Source of the DNA: Octopus sinensis | Taxonomy: Eukaryota | Assembly (NCBI RefSeq): GCF_006345805.1 | Contig: NC_043004.1 | Coordinates: 66,712,001-66,776,000 of the forward strand | DNA: 64,000 nt | Direction: 5' to 3' | Shown here: piece by piece, positions 25,068 to 38,068 of the stretch | Numbering within the stretch: the stretch's first letter is position 1 | Layout: each line of letters opens with the position of its first letter | Notes under the pieces: generated by a model | Seen by the model: only the letters and a program-made list of their open reading frames with translations | The model's database searches: none | What the model was told of the DNA's origin: nothing | Program-made: the position numbers and the translations under genes

Positions 25068-28000
25068 TAACTTTCTCCCGACATAGCTCTGTAAGCTTCT
25101 TTGTATGGATTGAATCTCAACGCGGCAGTGTAAGATTTTAAACGCTCCCCCAATACGTACATACTTCTGTCATATAATGTTTCATATCATCGAATAATAC
25201 TTTTCAAAGTGTAAATTATTTAAATTCCTGTAAGTCACGGAAATTAATTAGCAGAATATCATTTATATGAATTAACTACTATATTACATGAATTTAATTA
25301 GATATACATGTGCAGTATTTCTCAATTTTGGGGATAATTAGGTTAATAACTTCTAAAATTGTGTTATACATCATTTGCATGCTAAACTTTCACAATATCA
25401 AAATTGCGTTATATACCATTTGCACGCTACTCTTTCGTAATATCAAAAGTCTTTAATCATATTTAGGCGACGAGGAGGCAGAGGGGTTAAGGGCATGAGG
25501 AGAATGTTTCGCATTATTTATTTTGACTCTCGGAGCCCCTATAAGGAAAATTGCATCTGTAAATTAAGTTGCTGCTAGTCGGTCTCTATGCTACACTAAA
25601 GTGAGACCTCTTTACCTAATCGATTTTCTGACGTAATTTTTCTCGATGCTGTGAGCTCAAATCCCACTGTGGTGAACTGTCTGTTACTTAATTTCTGATT
25701 CGTAATAAAAAAAAAGGTACCAATCCACGCCAGGTGATTGCAATAGGTGTGAGAACCTCGGACTGGATCCTTTGAGGCATTTGTTTTAAATTATTCATTC
25801 TACGTTCAAATCTCACCATGGCTAATCTGGATTGTGGACTTAAGCCGCCACTTGGTTTATCTCTGTAACTTTGGACGTTGTGTTCCTTTAGTTATAACTC
25901 GTCTTAGCTGTCAACATTAAAGATACATTCGTTCCGCTTTCCCAGTAGACTTGGAGGAATTTTAACAGGTCGTGGACACTGACTTCCTTTTTAATTAGAA
26001 AACAAAATAAACGAATGCGTGTGAAGATACAACTAAGCGAACAAAAATTGAATGATTGCATTATAAAGTAAACTTTGCCTAAAACCTTTCTTTTTATAAC
26101 TTACTCATGAGGAACTTGAGGCTTGTAGAATAGACAAAAGGTTTTCTTCAAACTGGAAACATAATGCAAATGCTTCAAACAGATGGGAGTCCGGCAAGTT
26201 CTTCGAATAGCCATATTGTTGTGTTTAAGGAGTCAAATTAAGGATTCCAGCCTAAAACGAAACTCGCTCCAGTTTTTTCAACAGATTTCCATAAATTTCC
26301 CCCTTTTTCAGTTTTAATTCAAAAGGTTTTGTTTGACCAAATGTTGTGTTGTACAGTGCTGCGATGACACACATAGCTTGCTATGTGAGCATCCTGAAGT
26401 GTGTATTTTCAAATTGTAAACTTAGTGATCTTGGCTCGTAAACTCGAGTTGGGTTGTTGAAAGGTGTGGTTCTGGAAGCATCGTGAATAAATACAAGACA
26501 AATATTTTAGGCTAGGAATGTCTTTGGTGATAATTCAGTTGAAATATGGATGATGGGTCAGGATATGACCAGTGGATTGGCAATGAAGTATCACAAAATG
26601 TGATATGTTAAGTAAGCAAAACTTCGGAATCTAAAAGTTAAAGACTATATAAAGCAGAACTGATTGGGAAATACGTTATCATATCTCTACTCAGAATACT
26701 GGAATACATCAACTTAAGCATGATGAATAAATATGCAATGTTGCAATTATCGTGCGGGAATGACCAATCTAAATAGAAAAGGGAAAAATCCAATGCTTTA
26801 TCGACGTATGTTAGTGTCCACATGGTAGGATATATATATACTCATGGCTATCTAACATAAGGTCTATTATATTGAGTTGTCATAGTACTTTTTGTCTTTT
26901 TTTTTATTTCAACCAAACAAAAAAACGTGCCACTCTATAACTTATTTCCTGATTAATCAAAGAGATGAACCTTGGTGCCTGGTATCTCAGCCATTTACGC
27001 CACGCACCACACACACTTCATTCCCGACGCCACACTGCATAAAGTATGTGTGAGTATGTATGTATGTATGTATGTATGTATATATGGATGTATGTATACA
27101 TGTATGCCAGTATGTATGTATGTATGTATGTATGTATGTATGTATATGTGTATGGATGGATAGATAGACGTGTGTATGTATTAATGTATGTGTGTGTATG
27201 TATATGCATGCATGTTTTTATACGTGTAGTATGAGGTCTTCAAAAATTATCTTTACAACTTCTGCAATTTGTATCTGTTAAAGTTCAGAGCAAATGGTGC
27301 CCACGCGCAAATATTGTGATATTTCTTATAAAATTTTATTTGCTTCTCTATTTTCCTTCATTTTAATTTTTTCTGAACTTTTCAAATCGTAACGGTAATT
27401 TATGGACACCGATTGCGTATAATTATATTACATACGCGAGTGTAGAATTGTGAATACAAAGGCTCACACACACACACACACACAACACACACACACACAC
27501 GCGCGCGCGCACACACACACACACACATACACACATACACACGCTCGTCGTCGTCGTCGTTATCATCTATAAAATACTTTTATAGCGTGTTAATGAAACC
27601 ACAGCGAAAATCCTCCTTTTTAGGCGGGTGTTCTCCCATTGGATGAATCCAATGACTTGTGTTATCTTGGCAGAGACTTTGGGCTGGTTTCTTGTTGCCT
27701 TCCCCAACTGGACGACTGTTGGTCCACAAGAAGCTCGTTAGGCTTTCGACAGGTCTAGCTTTTGGTCCTGTTGGGTGTTTGCAGACAGCCCCCTTTCAAG
27801 AGTAGCAAGCTAACTTAAGTGGGGAAACCGGTTTTATCGCCAGCCACACGACCATGGCACAAGTGACACTAGCTTACATGATACCAGTATTAGATCTCCT
27901 CTGCTTGTCATGAGCTCCCTGATCTGACTATAATATATACGGTAGTCTTTGTGAACATATTCACACATATGTGTGCATTAAGAGAGTTTGTCACTTCGTA

Positions 28001-29289
28001 TTCGATAACGAATTTGATCTATTAACCACAAATATCTACTTGGTACAAATTACACTGCTACAAATCTGTTCTTCAGAAAAAAATATAGGTAAATATCTTG
28101 TATTTAGGAAAATATCTTGTTTAAACCATCATTCTGTATATCTTAAGCTTTTTCAGATTTTTATAGTCCCAGATATTGTGATCACAAACTGGTGGTGAGG
28201 CCGAGTCAGGAGGTGATAAAATATTGCATGGTTCTAAGTATTTAATTAGTGGAAAGTACAATTTCCTCTGAGTAAAGCTGCCTCGTGACTCCAACTGTCA
28301 AAATAGGAAATGTTGTACAGTGGTGTCGTTGCTAACAGCAACGATATATTTAGACCGTCCACGGGCTTTCTTCTGCTACTTTTAGAGTACATTTGGCAAT
28401 GAATCTCCAACACCAACGGGATTGTGTTAGCAGAAAACGAACGGGTAATCTTTCAGTCAGTCGAACCACATCCACTTTGTAATTAGTGAAATAAACTGAC
28501 ATTTCAATGTAACTCACAATAGTCACTTTTATTTATTAGTAGACGAGACTTCTATGTATGTAACATGATTATGCTCTTGATAGTCGATTCCAATACTAAA
28601 TACGCGCAGCACTCTCAGACACTACCCTAAAGAAGCAAATGATATATTTATTACCTCATATCATCCATCTCCTGTGAATGAATGGAGAAAAATCTCTGAC
28701 CGTAACAATCATTAAGGTTTGGAAATTACATCAACATTTTCTCGATCATAACGTTAATAGGAAGAATTTATTTGAATCGCTTGAGTTTTCTCCTTCGCTA
28801 TGAGCGTGTAAATTAGTCGGTTTCTCGAACATCAACACTTATTTTGAATTCCCATCTGATAATTCCCGCTTCCATCCATTTCACAGACACTACGAAAGCG
28901 AAGCAATTTATCAAAATGTCACAATTAACTCTAAACAAATCTCTTGTATGTTTATCTTGAACAATATGTTATTACAAAATTGAAAACTGACTTTCTAAAA
29001 CTTCATGACTTGTAATTCCTCGTCCAAATTTGTTATCATCGATCATCGATGTTTCAGGTAAATCACTACCACCTAAACTATCACAAGCGCATGCGCGGAT
29101 GCGCGTTCGTACATACACACCTGGGCGCACACACAGACATAAATAGGCATGCATGTATATATATATATATATACATACATGCATACATTTATATACACTC
29201 ATGAACACACTTGTTTGGCTATATACATATTTCGTTTTCGGATTTGGTTTGCAAGATTCTTTACATGAGTACGTGTGTTGAAGCATATT

Positions 29290-29520
29290 CTATTGTGTCT
29301 GGGGAGAGTTCTTTTCTTTTTGCGCCTTATGATTTAACACACTCACCGGTAAAATTTCCACTTATTTCTTATTTTTATCTTCCTAAGAGACTATTGAAAA
29401 GGTCGCAAAACGCAACGAAAATTTTAGGAAAATAGAAATAAATAATAAGTAGAAATTTTACCGGTGAGTGTGCTAAATTATCAGGCACAAAAACTAAACG
29501 ACTCTCCCTAGACCCAATAG
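29290..29520. repeat. MITE-like palindrome, arms about 97 bp, 37-nt spacer
   Basis: CTATTGTGTCTGGGGAGAG...CACACTCACCGGTAAAATTTC...TTCCTAA is mirrored at 29424-29520; the ORF track shows similar peptides on both strands (HSPVKF). Confidence 0.85.
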
Positions 29521-29769
29521 TTAGTAGAAGGGATGGCTGCTTTTTGAAGGTATCTACATCCACACAATATGCTTGACTTAAAACTTTCGGTAGTATTTTG
29601 CAAAGCTGTAGACCTTTCTAAACTAAGCAATTTAAGTTTCTAGTCCTCAAACAGGGTGAAAGTGTGTAAACAGGAATTTGCCAATACGCATTGGTACCTG
29701 GTTCGGGAATGGCTATCACTTCCAATAGTAATGATTGGTGCAAATCTTCCAACAACTTCCAAACATATA

Positions 29770-30420
29770 TTAGGTTGGCAACTAAGTTACCGCCGTTTTT
29801 TTAAATTAAAATTTTCTGAAAAGTTTAATAAAAACTAACAATTAATTAATCAATAATGTATTCACCCTTGTTGTTTACAACTTCTTCCCAACGTTCAACA
29901 CGATTTTCAATTACACGTTGGTAGAAATCACTCGATTTTGACTCGCAAAATTGATCCAAGTAAGCTCTCAATTTTGCATCACTATTGATCGAAACTCCGC
30001 GCATAACATTGGAAAGAGATCGAAAGAGGTGGAAATCTGTTGGTGCCAAATCAGGAGAGTACGGCAGGTGGGGCAGCACTTCCTAGCGTTGGTCATATTG
30101 GCGATATGAGGGCGGGCGTTGTCATGCAGCAGAAGAACTCCATGTTGACGATTAGGTCTTTTCTCTTGAATAGCCGTGTTGAGTCTTTCCCTCTGTTGAA
30201 CATAGAGTTCCGCGTTGAGCGTTTGGTTCCGTTCATGCAATTCGTAATGGATAATCACTTCCCAGTTCCACCATACGCACAACACCATTTTATGCGGATG
30301 GATATCTTGTTTCACGTGCGGTGTCGCTTGTTTACCGGGGTTAAGCCATTCCTTGCGCTGCTTCATATTGATGTACAGGCACCATTTTTGTTAATCGTTG
30401 TAATATGCACATGAAATAAC
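29770..30420 (-). mobile_element. mariner transposase 3' half with one TIR
   Basis: VWWNWEVIIHYE, LLHDNARPH, LPYSPDLAPTDFHLFRSL, NNKGEYIID; TA followed by TTAGGTTGGCAACTAAGTT at the end. Confidence 0.9.
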
Positions 30421-30439
30421 GCATCACTACTGATGTTAA

Positions 30440-31010
30440 TGCCCTGCTCACGTTGTGATATCACTCCTAGTCCAATGAAGTTTATCTACATCACATTTAA
30501 CTTTGCTGATATCGTAGGAGTTGGAATTTTTCGTAACTGAATAATATTCTCCTCAGCCCATTTATATAGCATTTAGTAATGATATAGTTATATCATTTTC
30601 ATACTTCTTTATCACCCGTGATACTGCTGTAAGATCTGCATAGCTTGTGATGCCACCCACTATTAGTTTTTCATTTGCTATTTTTATCTGATTTCTTTCT
30701 TTTAAATTGGCAGGTATCCACCCATCCAGTATCTCGAAATGGCAAGATCACACAGTTACTGGAATTTCATTCCACGATCGACCTTATCAAAGGCTTTCAA
30801 AAACCGAAACATGACATAACTTCCTTAACACATTAGGTGTTATCATGTCATTCTCTTCTAGGAAGGTCATTAGTTTTCTTGTTGACAATTTGCTTCATGA
30901 TATTGATGGTATGTACGGTGAGAGAGGTAGATCTATAACTTTGTGCTTCCGTTTTTGATACTGGCACATATTCCTTCTTTAAAATTGCCCGGCAGTTTAC
31001 CATTTGCTCA
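30440..31010 (-). mobile_element. CR1-like RT fragment
   Basis: YRSTSLT...IMKQIVNKKLMTFLEEN, KAFDKVD and TSYADLT on the minus strand. Confidence 0.7.
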
Positions 31011-31337
31011 GAAGATCTGGAAGGGAGGCTGCTGTAGTTTTGCTTTGATTCTTAAATGTTTATAGAATACTGGCTATAAATCCTCGAGGTTAGGTTATTT
31101 ACTTAGTAGCTATCATTACATATCTCTTTAAATCGATGTAAACGACAATTGCTGGCTCCCCATGTATAGCAGTAGTGATAAGGTAATCATCTGGTTTGTT
31201 AACTTGTATTTGTCCATGAGAGAAGGTGAAAATATTTGGAATTGCATGCTCATTCAGTATTTTAACTTAGACAAATCGAATATTTGATGGATATCATGCC
31301 GATTGTTGTAATTGTGAACATAAAATAATATGTATTA

Positions 31338-31501
31338 ATCAGGTGTGCTTAGTAGTTTGTTTCCCAACCACATGGTTCCGGATTTAGTCCGATTTTGTGG
31401 CACTTTGGGCAACTGTTTTTTAACATAGCCTCCGGCCGACCTGTGCCTTGTGAGAAGATTTGCTAGACGGAAACTGAAAGAAGGCCGTTGTATATATATA
31501 T

Positions 31502-31544
<43 letters not shown>

Positions 31545-31770
31545 TGTATGTATGCAGGTATTATGTGTTTTTGTCCCCATCACAGCTTGATAACCGGTGT
31601 TGGTCTGTTTACGTTCCCGTAACTTAACGTTTCAACTAAAGACGGATAGAAAAAGTACTAGGCTTTAAAATAATGTCCTGCGCTCGATTTGTTCGACTTA
31701 AAACCTTTAAGGCAATGCTCCTGCATGGCCGCAGACACATGGCTGAAACAAGTAAAAGAGTAAAAGAGTA
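31338..31770 (+). mobile_element. SINE family B copy
   Basis: Reverse-orientation match to 12635-13161, including CCCAACCACATGGTTCC and the central (TA)n. Confidence 0.8.
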
Positions 31771-31808
31771 AAATATATATATATATATATATATATGTAT
31801 AGATATAC

Positions 31809-31842
<34 letters not shown>

Positions 31843-32514
31843 TTACATATACATACATATATATATATACATATATTTATGTATATATATATTTATATAT
31901 ATACGTATGTGTGTATGTATATTTACACATATGTATGTATATATATATATACATACATAAAAATAATTATATGCACACAGATACTCGCATACATATGAGC
32001 ACATACCCGCACACATTCACACACGTAAATGTGTATTTACATACACATTTACGCACTTGTGAAGTCTGGCGTGTATGCACTTGCACGTTCGTGTATTTGT
32101 GTGTTTGTATTTGCGTATATCAATGGAAGGCACCGAATATCTTTCGAACACTCATTTGTGTTCCCTGCTAATAGGAAAGTTTATTGTAACAATATATATT
32201 TCCTCAAGCCATAGAAACAGCCATTCCTATTCATTAACGCTACTCTATAATTATCGTAAATTTCTGACTCCTCTCAAGAGCTCTCTACTTTAATGAATGT
32301 CTTCGACCGTTTCTGTTCCCAAGCAGTTATTTTCGCCTTCTTAGCAATTCATTTGTGAGAGCATTTCCTCTCCTGGCATGGTAGCAACTTTGATGTGTTT
32401 ACGACTTTCCATTGTCTCCTTACGGTTTGGTCATAACACTATATCCAATAAGTACACTGCTTAGGTACATACTATTAGAGAACTGTTAATTATGTAAGTG
32501 AACGTTACTTAAAA

Positions 32515-32525
32515 TAATAATAATG

Positions 32526-32604
<79 letters not shown>

Positions 32605-32875
32605 GCAGTTTAAACAAATATCAACAACTTAATTGATGATGACGTTGATTGATAAGTTTTAAATGAAGTCGGAGAAGATGCGGGCGTTGATGGTGATGAC
32701 GACGACGACGACGATGATGATGATGATGATGATGAAGAAGACGAAGATGATGATGATGATGATGATGTTGGAGATAGTGACGCTTGCTTTGGAAGCGGCA
32801 GTAATGGTGGCGGTGATGATGGTACTGGTGGTGGTGGTGGTGGTGGTGGTATAATGATGATGGTGATAAAGATAG
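32515..32875. repeat. compound trinucleotide array (TAA)n, then (GAT)/(GAC)/(GAA)/(GGT)
   Basis: Read directly from the sequence. Confidence 0.9.
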
Positions 32876-33030
32876 CATTAAAGGTTTTACATATGTATAT
32901 ATGTACGCATGTATATATATATATAAATATATATGCGTGTGTGTGTGTACCTATATATAGCTGTATATATACATATACACGCATATAAGTACACGTTTCT
33001 CTGTGTGTGAGTGTTTATATATATATATAT

Positions 33031-33072
<42 letters not shown>

Positions 33073-34521
33073 GTTTGTATGTATATATATACACACACAC
33101 ACACACACGCACACGCACACACGCACACCTAAAATTCTGCGTGGACGTATGTCAAATTTTATTCGAAGTATACTTAGGTCCATTTGCGAGGAATCAAGCC
33201 AAAAATTAGAGTCAGATAAATCATAACAAAATAGAAATCAATGATTATCAATTTAGCATTCTTTCAAATAATTATTATTTGTTTTCTTTATGCACGGTAA
33301 CCATTAGATCTTTTGCAATTTTCTTATTATGAGCATGTCTGTAGGAAATTAAATTCCACATTAGCGTCTAACACTCTATAATTTAGAAACAAATATTCCG
33401 GTAATGCAATGAACGTTTCAAGGGTCTCGGCATATTTGGTTATGTGTTAGTGACTGGATCTATATTCTTTTGATTTATATAGACAATTATATATTCGTGT
33501 GTGTGAGATGGAAAGACAGAGAGGGAGGGAGAAAGAAAGAGAGACAAAGCGTGAGTATGTGTGAGACTGAGTGTTTGTGTGTTTGCAACAGAAAGAGAGA
33601 TATAAAGCTAGACATGTATATATGTATGTGTGAGCGCACACACACATACACACACACATACATATATATATACACACACACACACATATATATACACATA
33701 TATATACCTATATACACATACATGCATACATATATACAGATATATATATATATATAATATATATATATATGAGCACACATGTGCCTATATATATGTTTAC
33801 AATTGTATATGTTTATATATATATATATATATGCAGTTATACCTATATATGTATACAAATATATATAGATAAATATGTGAAAATATACTTATATATATGT
33901 ATACAAATATACATAATTGTGTGTTTGTCTGTTTGTGTGCGGGTGTGTTTGTGTGTGTAAAGACAAACATGTATGTTTGTATGCGTATACACATCGATTT
34001 CAAACAGAATTTCCAGGCATGTGTATATGTTCATCACTGATCTATTTTGAATTAGTGTGTAAGTATGAGAGAAATGTATTAAGATTAAGATTTTCGCAAG
34101 CACTCTTCCTATGATTCAAGCGGTGACAGCGTCGCACAATGTTTACAGGGTCAATTACTAATGGAATTTAGCCGAACGATCTCAACAAACTTCACTGGTA
34201 CAGAAATTTAATTCAAAGGAGTTAATAGAATATACTTAAAACGCCACCAGCAGACTGGAAACAATGACAACATCAATGTGAGGCCTATACACACACACAC
34301 ACATATGTATATACACACACACACACATGTATATCCACATGTACAAAACTATATATATATATATACAAATATATATAGGGAGGATTCACAAAAAACAAAA
34401 GACGGAGACAGGGCGTGTAGACAACAAACAGATATATTAGTATAACGCTTGGGAAGTGAAATACAAGGAGAGAAAATAAAGAATGTGTAGTCGCTATCGA
34501 TCTATCATACATATATATATA

Positions 34522-36545
34522 TATTACCAAAAAATATATATAACCCAAAAATAAGCAACAAGAATGGATCAGTAGTTTAGTACAATTGTTTCATACTATA
34601 ACAATTTATTAAAGCTGTAAATATTACAGCAAATATAATGTTAATTAATCTTCAGCTAATTTCATATAGGTTTTCCAAATATCTTAGAGAGTGTAAATAT
34701 CTGTGAGCTCCAGGAACTTGATTAATAGAAATAATTATAATGATAAAAATAAGGATAATAAAAATAGAAATAATACCGACAATAATGATAACAATTATAT
34801 CTATAGCAGTAATAATTACTTGGATATAAATACAAATAATAATAATAGCAATATCAATAATGTAGGTAATAGAGTTATTGTTATCGTGGATCTAAATGAT
34901 AGTGTAAATGGATCAATAAATAGTAACCCCACTTTGGATAGCAATATTACCTATAATAATGAAAATAATATTCATAATAATTTGAATAACAGCAATGTGA
35001 GAGATCCGTCCTTAAATAATTCTAAATCACAAAATTATCCCCCTAGTTGCAATTGTAGGATTAGGTCAAATTGTCCGGCATCTGGTCGTTGTTCAGTCCA
35101 AAATGTAATCTATAAATGTACTATAACAACTTCTAATAGTAACTTTTTTTACTTAGGTTGTACTATTAATTTATACAGGGAATTAACAACCATCTTTCCT
35201 CTTTCCGATTAAATCATAAAGCAGGTTGCACTACACTTTCCAGTAAAATTTGGGAACTCAAAGCTAATAATATTAAATATAACCTAAAATGGGAAACAGT
35301 TAGAAGGGCAATACCTTATAGAAATAATAAGGTGGGCTGTCAATTCTGTTCTATGGAGACCTATGAGATTTTAAAGTATAGAAAAAATAAAAATCTAATA
35401 AATAATCATATAGAGTTGGGTAGTCTTGTATTCATTCAAAAATCAAAACTTTAAAATATTTTAAATAGAAATTTTTAGGTTCTCCTATTGTTGGTCTTTC
35501 TAACTGTATCTTTTTTATTATAAAAATAAATAGTAAATATACTATGCTAATTTTATAGTCAACTTAATTAACCTTACTTTAATCAAAAAATTGCTAAATT
35601 TTCCTAATTCTATTCTAAATTTAACATGTAATACTATTCCCTTAGTTATACATTTGATTTTCACTATAAATTTGAATAGGTACAGTTCCCCTACAATTTG
35701 CTATTGATGTTAATTGACCTCCAGATGCTGACCTAAATTCTTTCTTACCATATAAAAATAAAAGTTAAAATATAAACAAAAATAAATAGATAGCCTTCTA
35801 TTCTAGTGTTAACCTTAATTTTCTTACTGTATCTTTCTCTACCGATAACCTATGAGCCCTTTAGTGTTTTCCTTTGATCTTTCTTTATTTTAACTCCACT
35901 ATTAATTCTGATGGCTTTCAGTTGATAAGCTAGGGATGGTCAACCTTACAGTTCCTTTAAGGATCTAAGATTCCTTCCACACTGACCTAGATTTTCTGTC
36001 ACCACAGAAATAGACTGACCGTTCTTTTTAGTATATTTGTCTCTTTTACACCCCCATATATACTTTTTCTCCTTTTGTTCTTTTCTCTAGCTAGTCAGCT
36101 TCCTTGAACTACCCCGCTTTCATTTTTACTACTATAGAAATTTTTTTGCAACAGTTAGATGCGAACTTAATCGTGGTCTGACGGGCATCTTTCTTCATGT
36201 TTCCTGAAATTTATATCCTCATTTTTATGAGTATAATTACCTTCTCTGGGATGTCACTAATTAATTTAAGAACTTTGTATTGTTGGAAAGCATATATGGT
36301 CTGCTTGGAATCTTGCTTCAAGTTCCTGGAGCTCACATCTATAAGTTTATAAGTATATTTACACTCTCTAAAATGTTTGGAAAACCTATTTGAAATTAGC
36401 TGAAGATTACTTAACATTATATTTGCTGTAATATTTACAGCTTTAACAAATTGTTATAGTATGAAACAATTGTACTAAACTACTGATCCATTCTTGTTGC
36501 TTATTTTTTGGTTATAATCACCCCACATAATTTTATGGGTAATAC
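34522..36545 (+). mobile_element. PLE-type GIY-YIG endonuclease element lacking RT, bounded by about 180-200-bp inverted repeats
   Basis: CNCRIRSNCPASGRC...VIYKCTITTSNSNFFYLGCT; after a frameshift NNHLSSF...LSSKIWELK...LKWE...CQFCSMETYEIL...LIN...CIH (35048-35452). 34539-34721 is the inverse of 36318-36516. Confidence 0.8.
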
Positions 36546-36659
36546 CATGAAAAATTCTGGTTTATCTAAGTTAAATACCATATTCATTTGAATCTAAATT
36601 GTTTTGCTGAAATTATATATATATATATATATAATATATATATAATATATATATATATA

Positions 36660-36703
<44 letters not shown>

Positions 36704-37339
36704 TATAGGCCATGTGTTCAGACCTTCTCTGCTGTTGTCCATCATTGATGCTCGATCGCTAGATATAGCAGTGATTCATCACCCCGCCAGCGATTTATAG
36801 ATAATCAGCGGCCAGAACAGTTACCTTCGTAAAAGAGTTTGATACTACCTACTCATGTATATATGAAATTGTACGGTATGATACTTCTTTACGATCTAAA
36901 GCAGAATCCGATATTTGCGATTGAAATTCCTCAAAATTACAGCTGTATTTTTCATCTGTTCAGTAAATTATATTTTTCAGTTGAAGATCGCTACTATAAT
37001 CAGCAGTTTTTCCTTGTTTAATAACTTAATTTTTTTTTTCAATATTTTCTCCAATGCTCTGCAGTTTGTTTATTTATTTATATATTTTTGTATCGTTTGA
37101 TAATTTAAAATGTCTGAACATGTTTCACTTTGATTTCTTGTTTGTTATTTTGTAAAAGTGTATCAGTCTTCCTATCTATCTGCAGCTCGTATTAAGAAAT
37201 ATTCTTTCTAGACCATTGCTCATATTTTCATATGCTTTTTCATATAGCTTGTGTTTTGTCTTGTATATCTTTCATTTCCCCTTCCTCTTTCTTCTCTTCC
37301 CTTCTTGCTTCTTTTCTTATATTGTCGTTCATGTTCCAT

Positions 37340-37550
37340 ATACTCTTCTTCTTCTTCTTCTTCTTCTTCTTCTTCTTCTTCTTCTTCTTCTTCTTCTTCT
37401 CTTCTTCTTCTTCTTTTTCTTCTTCTTCTTCTTCTTCTTCTCTTCTTCTTCTTCTTTCTTCTTCTTCTTTTTCTCCTTGTTCTTCCTCTTGTTGTTGTTG
37501 TTGTTCTTCTTCTTCTAGTAGTATTAGTAATATCAGTAGTAGTAGTATTA
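37340..37550. repeat. (CTT)n/(TTG)n/(TAG)n compound microsatellite
   Basis: Read directly from the sequence. Confidence 0.9.
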
Positions 37551-38022
37551 ATTTCGCGCGTTCCAACATACACAAACACACACACACAAACACAAACACA
37601 CTCAAGCACACACTCACACACACACTCACACACACATGCACACATATGTATGAGAATACACTGTACAATACATAAGTCTGCAGGCTTCTGGTTCAAGGAA
37701 CCTGACTGTTATTTCTAACAGGTCAGGTAACCGTGTCTGGAGTTTATTACATTTGGACATATCTCTTTCAATATCATAGAACGTATAAAATATTATCGTC
37801 TAGAAGCGGGTTTCTCTTTACACATCTTGATTTGATTTCACATCACAGAGGGCTTTATGAAATATTTCTCTTTACGCGACGTTAGCTCTTTCCCCCTAAA
37901 TAGCGGCAAATGTTTGATGTACATGATGATTGATTCTGGATTCTGTTACACAGACGCTCACCTTGAAGCCCACCTTTGAATCTGCTACTAGTTTATTCTT
38001 ATCTCTCCTAATCGTTTATAGA

Positions 38023-38068
<46 letters not shown>

